NCBI GenBank assembly: GCA_041577295.1
Contig: JBFGJG010000002.1
Span: 103,039 to 167,038 of the forward strand
From: Gemmatimonadales bacterium
Lineage (GTDB): Bacteria > Gemmatimonadota > Gemmatimonadetes > Gemmatimonadales > GWC2-71-9
Length of the DNA stretch: 64,000 nt
Direction: 5' to 3'
Shown here: piece after piece, positions 44,055 through 51,733 of the stretch
How the letters are laid out: the number at the start of each line of letters is the position of its first letter
How positions within the stretch are numbered: the first letter of the stretch is position 1
The notes under the pieces: model-generated
What the model saw: only the letters and a program-made list of their open reading frames with translations
The model's database searches: none
Told to the model about the DNA's origin: nothing
Translations under genes and position numbers: made by a program

Positions 44055-44957
44055 ATGCACAAGGCAATCATGGTACCACTCGATGGGTCGAGGTTCGGTG
44101 AGGAGGCGCTTCCGATCGCGGTGCGCCTGGCCAAGGACCTGGACCGGTCTATTGAGCTCGTTTCGGTGTTCGAGGACGAACCGCCGGTTGCTACCTGGGT
44201 GCTGACCGCTGCCGAGATGCGGTCGCTCCTCGATGAGTACTTAGAGACACTAGGCAACCAGATCAGGGAATCCGCCTGCGTTGAGGTGACTCGATCGGTG
44301 CTCAGTGGTCCGGTGACAATGAGTCTCGAGGCGCATGCCAAAGAAAAGGATCCGGAACTGATCGTCATGTCTACGCACGGACGGGGTGCGGTCAGTCGTG
44401 CATGGCTCGGCAGCGTGGCGGATCACGTCACCCGACACGTGTCGATGCCGGTGTTACTGGTCCGCCCCGACGAGGATCCGGGTGAAGTCCAGTTCGAGGG
44501 TAGTCCGCCCTTCGAGCACGTGCTCGTGCCGCTGGATGGGTCGGACCGAGCAGAAGCAAGCCTTGCATGGTCAACGCGAATCGCACTGGCCCACAAGAGC
44601 AAGCTCACCGTGCTCAGCGTTGTGCCGCCCCCACCGGTGCTCACGTCGCCGTACTTGCCCGATGTGATAGCCGAATCCAAGGAAGGATTGGAGAGGGGGC
44701 AACGTGAAGCTGAGCAGTACTTGAATGACATCGCCGTCCGACTCGAAAAGGAGGGAGTCTCGATCGGCACGGTGGTACGTGTCGGTATCGCACCGGCGTC
44801 TGGGATCAATCGATACGCCCTAGATCACGGGGTGGACCTCATCGTGATCAGCACCCACGGGCGGGGAGGGCTTCCCCGCTTGTTGCTCGGCAGCGTAGCG
44901 GACAAGGTGGTGCGCGGAGCTACTGCACCGGTTCTGGTCACTCGACCGAGGGGCTAA
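44055..44957 (+). CDS. Tandem universal stress protein (two UspA domains)
   Basis: Two repeats, each with an ATP motif: STHGRGAVSRAWLGSVADHV and STHGRGGLPRLLLGSVADKV. Confidence 0.85.
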   Translation: MHKAIMVPLDGSRFGEEALPIAVRLAKDLDRSIELVSVFEDEPPVATWVLTAAEMRSLLDEYLETLGNQIRESACVEVTRSVLSGPVTMSLEAHAKEKDPELIVMSTHGRGAVSRAWLGSVADHVTRHVSMPVLLVRPDEDPGEVQFEGSPPFEHVLVPLDGSDRAEASLAWSTRIALAHKSKLTVLSVVPPPPVLTSPYLPDVIAESKEGLERGQREAEQYLNDIAVRLEKEGVSIGTVVRVGIAPASGINRYALDHGVDLIVISTHGRGGLPRLLLGSVADKVVRGATAPVLVTRPRG

Positions 44958-45085
44958 CTCCATTGAGCCAAGAGGGCTCGCACGACATTGGTGTCGATGT
45001 CGTCTGCGCAGACCCATGCGTTGCGTTGTGAGCAACGGGTCTTCACCTTCCAAGCGTTAGTCTTTCCGACTCCTGGAGCGCAGTC

Positions 45086-45481
45086 ATGCGGATGCTGATC
45101 GGCCTGGTGGTCTTCGTTGTTGCGTGCGGCAGTGGGCGAGTGTATGGGAGAGTCGACCTCGGGGATGTGATCGTCGAAGGGGAGGTTGACGGTAATTTCT
45201 TCGCACGTCAGCTGGACCAACTCGATCCCTGGTTTGAGGCCTGTTACGCGCGAGCACTCCGTCTGGATCGGTCGACGGAGGGCATCATCCGGTTGAGGTT
45301 GCGGGTGCGGGAAGGTGGTTTGACACCTGAGATCATCGAGGATGGGCCAGCGAGCCCGCAACTCACGGACTGTGTCATGAGCGCTGTGTCGAACCTGACC
45401 TTGGTCGAGCCAGACACAGCTGCGCCATGGGACTTTACGGCTCAGTGGCCCATCACTTTCAGTGTCATACGACGGGAATGA
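45086..45481 (+). CDS. Small lipoprotein of unknown function (AgmX/PglI C-terminal-like pattern)
   Basis: Lipobox VVFVVACGS. C-terminal part reads ...CY.RAL....EGIIRLRLRV.EGG...........L.DCV.... Confidence 0.45.
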   Translation: MRMLIGLVVFVVACGSGRVYGRVDLGDVIVEGEVDGNFFARQLDQLDPWFEACYARALRLDRSTEGIIRLRLRVREGGLTPEIIEDGPASPQLTDCVMSAVSNLTLVEPDTAAPWDFTAQWPITFSVIRRE

Positions 45482-45614
45482 GAGAAGGCGCTCACTCAAT
45501 CTCTCGAACCCCTTCCACCAGCCCTCCTCAGATCATTCACCAAAGGTTCACCGTCGATTCATCGCGAGGTCGTGAAACTTCATAATACCAAAGAGACTGA
45601 GCCGTGCATGACCA

Positions 45615-46109
45615 ATGGCCAAGCAAGACTTGAAGCAGCTTTTTCTCGAGGACCATCGCCGTCTCGCCCGTGGTCTCACACGTCTCATCAAACATCTCGA
45701 GCGTAATGAGTTGCGTGAGGCTGTGGATGCCGCCCACGCATTGGATGTTGTTGCGGGTCCGCACATGGCGTTCGAGGAGGACGTTTTCTACCCGGCGCTG
45801 AAGCACGACTACGGGCGTGAGTTCGTCGACCGGCTCGAGGACGAGCATCAGATGGGACGGGACGCAGTGAAGGAGCTCATCGCCGTAAACGACTCCGCGC
45901 ACATCGCCCCAGCCGACCGGCAACGGTTGTTGCACCAATTGGAGAGCGCACTGGACCACGTGCTCTCCTGCGGCACCTTGGTCTCCCACCTCGAGCGACT
46001 CCCGGACGCGCGTCAAAAAGAAATGCTCGGCCGGCTCGAGGCGTTGCGCGAGAGTGGCATGCGGTGGACGGATCGCGCCACCCGCAAAACCCGGGTCGAG
46101 CGAAATTAG
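45615..46109 (+). CDS. Hemerythrin-like (HHE cation-binding) domain protein
   Basis: EDH...H....GPHMAFEEDVFYPAL...LEDEHQ pattern of His/Glu ligands on a helical bundle. Confidence 0.6.
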   Translation: MAKQDLKQLFLEDHRRLARGLTRLIKHLERNELREAVDAAHALDVVAGPHMAFEEDVFYPALKHDYGREFVDRLEDEHQMGRDAVKELIAVNDSAHIAPADRQRLLHQLESALDHVLSCGTLVSHLERLPDARQKEMLGRLEALRESGMRWTDRATRKTRVERN

Positions 46110-46113
46110 TTGC

Positions 46114-46971
46114 GTGTGCCGTCTATACGGATTCCGCGCCAACGAGCCAACCAAGGTCGAGTGCACCCTCGTCCACGCTCAGAATGCCTTGATGAGCCAG
46201 AGCCGCGCGGATCTTCGGGGCGTGGCCCACTCAGATGGATGGGGCATCGCTTGTTATCAGAATCACCTGCCAGACCTCGAACGACGTAGCCTGGCGGCCT
46301 TCCAAGATCTCCACTTCAGCGTGACTGCCGAGCGAATCTTTGCCGAAACGGTCGTCGGCCATGTACGCCTGGCCACGGTGGGGGACCCTTCGATCCAAAA
46401 CACCCATCCGTTCACCTACGGGCAATGGACCTTCGCGCACAATGGGACTGTGCAGCCCTTCGCTGATCTCGAACCCTGGCTCGCTGCGAACTCGGACCCA
46501 GACCTTTGGCGCCGGCGTCAGGGCACCACCGACAGTGAGGCGGTCTTTTACTGGTTGTTGAGTGTGATGCGGGAGTCCGGTCTAATACTCGACGAACCAA
46601 CCAGTGAGGTCGAGACCGTTGCCCACATCATTCACCGGGCAGTGCGTCTGCTCGAGACACGCAGTGTTCGCGCTCGCGCCCCCAAACCGGCGAAGTTGAA
46701 CTTCCTGCTCACCAATGGCCGCATCCTCGTCGCCTCACGGTGGCGCAATGGTCTGCACTACGTCCAACGATACGGGGTTCACGACTGCGAAATCTGCGGC
46801 ATCCCCCACATTCACCACGCGAGTGGCACCGCCTACAAGGCGGTGGTTGTCGCGTCCGAGCCCATTTCCCACGAACCCTGGCGCGAAGTACCGGAAGGAA
46901 GTGTGCTCACCGTCGATCCAGACTTGCGAGTCGAGCTGTTCGACACCGCGCCTATCGAAGTGCCGCCGTGA
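46114..46971 (+). CDS. Class II (Ntn-type, YafJ-like) glutamine amidotransferase
   Basis: The GTG start is followed directly by the nucleophile Cys (M-CRLYGF). Further motifs: HSDGWGIA, GHVRLATVG, NTHPF, FAHNG. Starts 5 nt after the hemerythrin gene stop. Confidence 0.8.
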   Translation: MCRLYGFRANEPTKVECTLVHAQNALMSQSRADLRGVAHSDGWGIACYQNHLPDLERRSLAAFQDLHFSVTAERIFAETVVGHVRLATVGDPSIQNTHPFTYGQWTFAHNGTVQPFADLEPWLAANSDPDLWRRRQGTTDSEAVFYWLLSVMRESGLILDEPTSEVETVAHIIHRAVRLLETRSVRARAPKPAKLNFLLTNGRILVASRWRNGLHYVQRYGVHDCEICGIPHIHHASGTAYKAVVVASEPISHEPWREVPEGSVLTVDPDLRVELFDTAPIEVPP

Positions 46972-48466
46972 TGGACTGCGGCACCGGTCTGATGAGCCGC
47001 ATGATTTGCTGCGGAATATCCTGAAAAGCTCGTTTCCGCGCGACTTCCCAGCTTTCCCCCATCACCAAAAGATCGATGCCGGGCCGCGCTTGCAGAGCCC
47101 CCGGGTTGTAGAATATCAGATCACCACGACCGGTTCGCACGTCGAAGACACGATCGTCAAAGCCAGCAAGCAAGTTCGCGAACGTGAAGCGTTCCATACC
47201 CCGCTGCTCTACGACGCGCGTGGCATAGGGACGCGATGCGAAATCCCCGAATAACCGATTCATCAGGGTCATGGGTGCCGACGTAGCGCCCCAGCGTCCA
47301 TTGCATTCGACGAATCGGATGCGGCACGATCCCATATCCCGCCCGACGAGAATGAGGTCGAAGGAACAGCGGCCAACATAACCGAGCCGTTGCAACAGCC
47401 GTCCAACCAGCACACAACGCAGCGCAATCTCTGTAGCGGTGACATCCGGAAGGTTGGCGGGTGCGGCACCAACGAAGTACCCCCCCTTCCCCTGGATCAC
47501 CTGCTCGAAGAGACCCTCAACCACTGGTGGCTGAGCGGTCGCAAACGGTGGAATCCACAGTTGCGCTGACGGCGCGCGCAGGACTTCGGACTCCCAGGCC
47601 CCAACGAGCAACGGATGCTCACCATGCCAGGCGAAGTCTCGAAGTCTCTTCTTCAGCCGAGCACGCACGGCTCCCAGCCTGCGACCACGGTATGTCTTGG
47701 CGCGTAACACCAGATTTCCCGTACCGCCAGCGGCTTCAGGGATCTTGATGACGATGCGAGGCGAGCGGTTGGCGAACATCTTGACGAGCCGCGCCAACCC
47801 CGACCATCCCGAGGCACTCGCGGTCGGAGGGATCAACTGATCGTCGAAGAGCCGGGTGATGACCCTGGCAAACCACAGCTTGTTGTTGACAGCGCGTGCC
47901 AGGACGGGGGGTGGGCCGATCACTCCGATCGATCCCCCGGTGGTGGCGCGCAACAAATGTGCAAGAGCCCACACGTGAAACCCGGCGAGGTGGGGGTGCA
48001 GGTAGCGGAGCCGTCCGGTTCGCACGGCCCTTTGTAACGCGGCCCGTACGCGGTGGTCACGCCAGCAAGCCCTTGCGAGGCGGAGTGGACGGTCAGACGG
48101 CTGGGGACGTAGCCAAGTTACGGCTCCAAGACCCAGCTCTTCTTCACAGTACCGCTCGAACGCAGGATCGGCTGTCGCACAGCTCGCTACGACGTCCTGC
48201 TCACCCGCACGCAAGCGCGCCCGATCCTGCAAGAACCGCGCGTCGTAGAATCGATCGAGCAGGGGTATCTCATCGAGGTCGTCCAAATGCAAGACACCGC
48301 CATCTCCAATCCGCGACACACTCAACTGACGGATCCATGGTTGTGGCACCAGGGATGGCTGCTCGTGCTCGAGTGCCGCTGCGAGTTGCGCAACCCGCCG
48401 GAATTGCGCCGCGCTCGGCTCTACCTCGTGATGAGAAACAATCGGAAGACGTCCGGCCTGGACCAT
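46952..48466 (-). CDS. ATP-grasp-fold enzyme with an unrecognised roughly 190-aa N-terminal domain
   Basis: NNKLWFARV..., PRIVIKIPEAAGGTGNLVL (Lys plus Gly-rich loop), and CSFDLILVG......IRFVECNGRWGATS (E-x-N Mg site). Its 3' end overlaps the amidotransferase gene by 20 nt on the opposite strand. Confidence 0.55.
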   Translation of the reverse strand: MVQAGRLPIVSHHEVEPSAAQFRRVAQLAAALEHEQPSLVPQPWIRQLSVSRIGDGGVLHLDDLDEIPLLDRFYDARFLQDRARLRAGEQDVVASCATADPAFERYCEEELGLGAVTWLRPQPSDRPLRLARACWRDHRVRAALQRAVRTGRLRYLHPHLAGFHVWALAHLLRATTGGSIGVIGPPPVLARAVNNKLWFARVITRLFDDQLIPPTASASGWSGLARLVKMFANRSPRIVIKIPEAAGGTGNLVLRAKTYRGRRLGAVRARLKKRLRDFAWHGEHPLLVGAWESEVLRAPSAQLWIPPFATAQPPVVEGLFEQVIQGKGGYFVGAAPANLPDVTATEIALRCVLVGRLLQRLGYVGRCSFDLILVGRDMGSCRIRFVECNGRWGATSAPMTLMNRLFGDFASRPYATRVVEQRGMERFTFANLLAGFDDRVFDVRTGRGDLIFYNPGALQARPGIDLLVMGESWEVARKRAFQDIPQQIMRLIRPVPQSITAALR

Positions 48467-48523
48467 TCGAGATCCCTCACTTCACGAAGGACTCGATGGA
48501 ATCTGGAGGGTGTGAAACAAGCG

Positions 48524-48709
48524 TTAAGACCTCTTTCGAGTCCTTTGTCCCTCCCCTTTTTCACTTTCCGGCGTCGCGCCCGCGACCGCCTTGCGCTCCG
48601 CGCCCGGCAATTTGGGCGTGGGGCCGCGGTCCGTTGCACGCGTGTCGCCGCGCCGCCTGACGGCAAGGAGGTAGGGGCCACGCAACAGCTCCAACAGACG
48701 TTTGTTCAT
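48524..48709 (-). CDS. Possible 61-aa basic mini-protein immediately upstream of the ATP-grasp gene
   Basis: MNKRLLELLRGPYLLAVRRRGDTRATDRGPTPKLPGAERKAVAGATPESEKGEGQRTRKRS. GGAGGG lies 6 nt upstream of the ATG. Third codon positions are mostly G/C over roughly the first 47 codons. A 57-nt gap separates it from the ATP-grasp start. Confidence 0.3.
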   Translation of the reverse strand: MNKRLLELLRGPYLLAVRRRGDTRATDRGPTPKLPGAERKAVAGATPESEKGEGQRTRKRS

Positions 48710-49124
48710 CGCATCCCTCCAGGTCGAACTGATTGATTCAGGATGCATCAAATCCGCAACAGATGCCTCACAACCACCAAGCACGGCTGTCCCAGAAGTG
48801 GGGTGGGTCTGGTACAGACTTGTTACGGATTACCAGTGTTACCACGCCCAGGCTTTGGTTATGATGAAATCTGTTCGAAGGATGGTTATGGCCAAAAACG
48901 CCGCTCATGAGGCTACCGATATATGCTCCCGCGGGGGACGCTCGTGATAACAGATTATGGTTTGGTGGGACACGTTAAACGCTGTCTCGGCTTCGAGGTG
49001 ATCGAAATCGCAGTGGGTTGCCCCGGGGGGCGACTGGCGTTGATCGCCTCACGTGACCTGCGGTTCGTTCGGGGCATCGGAACCAGAGATTCGCACGTCG
49101 TCGACCCCTGAGACGTGAGATGGC

Positions 49125-50765
49125 CTACCGGGATCGCAACGCGCGTCCCGGACGCGCGCCAGTGACCTCGCTCTCGAGAAGGACCGCCTGTCCGTTCACA
49201 AACACGTGGCGGACGCCTAGGGCGTACTTGTGGGGTTGGGCGAAGGTCGCCGGGTCGGCGACCGCCTGAGCGTCAAGCACCGATACATCAGCATAAGCCC
49301 CCACCCGAAGAATGCCGCGGTCCTCGAGGCCGATCCGGCTCGCCGGCAAGCTGGTCATCTTTCGGATGGCTTCTGCGAGTGGCAGCACGGATTCGTCTCT
49401 CACGTAATGCCCGAGGACCCTGGCAAACGCGCCGTAGTTCCTTGGGTGAGGAAAGCCCAAACCGAACTCCGGAATTCCCCCGTCTGATGCGATCATCGTC
49501 ATCGGGTGTTGCATGATGCGCACAACGTCTTCGTCGGACATCGCAAAGAAGATTCCTTGAAATCCGCCACGCTCCTGTAACTCGACGGCGAGTACGGCAG
49601 CTTGCTCCAGAGAAGCGGGGCGCTGTTGCTCTCGCAGGATCTGAGCGAGGCTCTTTCCATTGAGCGTCGAATCCCATTCACAATACGCCACGACTACGTT
49701 TGCAGGATCGCCTGCACCACGGTCGTGCTCGAGATTGAATACGATCGCTTCAAGGATTCGGCGTCTCGTTTCCGCGTTACGTAGCCGGTGGTGGAGATCC
49801 TGCGGCGTTCCCTCCAATGCCCAGGCAGGAAACAGCACGCTGAGACCAGTGCTGGACGCGGCGTACGGATACTGATCGATTGAGACGTCCACACCTCGCA
49901 CCCGGGCCCGATCGACGGCCGCGAGTGTCTTCCGACTTGCTCCCCACATGTCCTTGCCAACGACCTTGTGATGCGTGATCTGCGTGGGGACCCCAGCCTC
50001 CTCACCGATTCGGATGGTCTCCTCAACGCTCGCCATGATTTCGAGTCCTTCATCACGCATGTGGCTGATGTGGATCCCCCCATAACGAGAGACCACCTTA
50101 GCCAGTTCGACGACCTCTTCCGTTTTGGCAAAAGCTCCCGGCACGTACTTGAGTCCAGTGGAGAGGCCAAAGGCTCCCTGTTGCATGGCCGAATCCACCA
50201 AACTCCTCATGCGATCGAGCTCGAGAGCAGTCGGTGCCCTCGCCGCGGTGCCGAGCACGAGCCGTCGGACCGTCCCGTGACCGACGAACGTGCCAAAGTT
50301 GATTGACGAAGGGATCAGGTCGAATCGAGCAAGCAGTTCACCAATAGGATACGCTGAGCCACCATCCGGCCCGCCGATGGCGGTCGTCACGCCCTGCTGG
50401 ATGTAGTTCTCGGCCAGTGGCCACCGGAAAAGCCCACTACGATCTGCATTGTCTCGCACGGCATGGCTGTGGATGTCGACAAACCCGGGTGCAACGACGA
50501 GGCCGGTCACATTCAACCGAACGGCTGCCCGACGTCCGACGAGATCACCGATCGCAGCAATGCGGTCACCCAGGATTCCGACATCGGCTACAAAGGGCTC
50601 GACACCCGAGCCGTCGTATACCGATCCACCAACGAGAATGACACTGAAGACTGTGTCGGCACCTGTCGGCGTCTGCCCCGACGCGACCGTGGCGTGCACT
50701 TGGAAAAGGCCCACACCGAGCAACATCGCGCGCGCGGCTAACCGAAGAGGCATGCTATGCGTCAT
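49125..50765 (-). CDS. Secreted N-acyl-D-amino-acid deacylase (D-aminoacylase, amidohydrolase superfamily)
   Basis: Signal peptide. GFVDIHSHA metal motif. GGIHISHMRDEG. Overall length and order are typical of D-aminoacylases. Confidence 0.8.
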   Translation of the reverse strand: MTHSMPLRLAARAMLLGVGLFQVHATVASGQTPTGADTVFSVILVGGSVYDGSGVEPFVADVGILGDRIAAIGDLVGRRAAVRLNVTGLVVAPGFVDIHSHAVRDNADRSGLFRWPLAENYIQQGVTTAIGGPDGGSAYPIGELLARFDLIPSSINFGTFVGHGTVRRLVLGTAARAPTALELDRMRSLVDSAMQQGAFGLSTGLKYVPGAFAKTEEVVELAKVVSRYGGIHISHMRDEGLEIMASVEETIRIGEEAGVPTQITHHKVVGKDMWGASRKTLAAVDRARVRGVDVSIDQYPYAASSTGLSVLFPAWALEGTPQDLHHRLRNAETRRRILEAIVFNLEHDRGAGDPANVVVAYCEWDSTLNGKSLAQILREQQRPASLEQAAVLAVELQERGGFQGIFFAMSDEDVVRIMQHPMTMIASDGGIPEFGLGFPHPRNYGAFARVLGHYVRDESVLPLAEAIRKMTSLPASRIGLEDRGILRVGAYADVSVLDAQAVADPATFAQPHKYALGVRHVFVNGQAVLLESEVTGARPGRALRSR

Positions 50766-50838
50766 TGTGAGCTCAACCAGTGATTTGAGGTGTGTGTCGT
50801 CACCTACCGGTCAACTTCCCCGGTGGGACTGAAGGTAG

Positions 50839-51573
50839 TCAGCTGCCAGTGACGGTACCGGTGAACTCTCTGGTTCCTGCCCGGGTTGTCGCTCCTCCGC
50901 TTGGCGCTCGAATGTTCCATTTGTAGCCGATCCAGATCAGCGCGATTCCGATGAGCTCCATGACATAGAGCACCTCGGTGTGCCCCATCCTCGTCGCGGC
51001 GCCGCCGATTCCGGGCAAGAGCGCCCCAACGGCAATAAAGGTGTTCCCGATGAATCGGTGATAGGTGTCCCGGCTCTTGCTGTAGCGATAGGCGGAGAGC
51101 GCCGCGCCTCCCACCAGGAACACGAGCGCGTACGTGTTCACAAATGGGCTGAAGAGACGGACCCACCACCACCGCATCACGCTGCCTGTCAAACGATGCG
51201 TTTCGACGAGTGTGTAGTCGATTGGTGTGAGGATCACGAACATCGCCGCGACGAATACGAACGGGACCAAGAGCAGCGTCAGCCGATGCGCCGTTCGGCG
51301 CGCCAGCAGGAGATACACCGTTCCCTGTGCCAGCGGAGCTCCTCCGAGCAACGCGCCGGAGATATACCAGCTGCGGAACAGCCCTTCGCTCCACCCAAAC
51401 AACGTGACCAAAGACTCCGTGAGCGTGCCGATTCCGTAGATGAATACGCCAGCGGCCCACCACATCAGATGCGGCCCGGTACGTCGCACTCGATAGCGCT
51501 TGAGAATCACCCACGCGAATGCGAAGGCGATGACCGTCGTGGCGATGGGGATGAAGTGAATGGGCGTTCGCAT
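50839..51573 (-). CDS. Integral membrane protein of unknown function (about 7 TM)
   Basis: Hydrophobic helices throughout. No recognisable motif. Lies between the TonB receptor and the D-aminoacylase on the same strand. Confidence 0.55.
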   Translation of the reverse strand: MRTPIHFIPIATTVIAFAFAWVILKRYRVRRTGPHLMWWAAGVFIYGIGTLTESLVTLFGWSEGLFRSWYISGALLGGAPLAQGTVYLLLARRTAHRLTLLLVPFVFVAAMFVILTPIDYTLVETHRLTGSVMRWWWVRLFSPFVNTYALVFLVGGAALSAYRYSKSRDTYHRFIGNTFIAVGALLPGIGGAATRMGHTEVLYVMELIGIALIWIGYKWNIRAPSGGATTRAGTREFTGTVTGS

Positions 51574-51733
51574 CTTCAGTCGGACCAAATGGGGAACGAC
51601 GCGGCCCTCCCCCTCCGCTACGGAAGGAGAAAGTTTGCTGCGCGCAGAGCGAATGCGTAAGAGGCCGCGAGGTTCGTCGTTACGCCATGCGGATTGCCGG
51701 CGGATCGACGGTCACCTCGCGGCCCCCGGTACT

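Noticed and set aside
45537-46166. 209-aa minus-strand ORF overlapping the hemerythrin-like gene
   Set aside because: The plus-strand frame shows the HHE His/Glu pattern and is followed 5 nt later by the amidotransferase start. The minus-strand product has no features.
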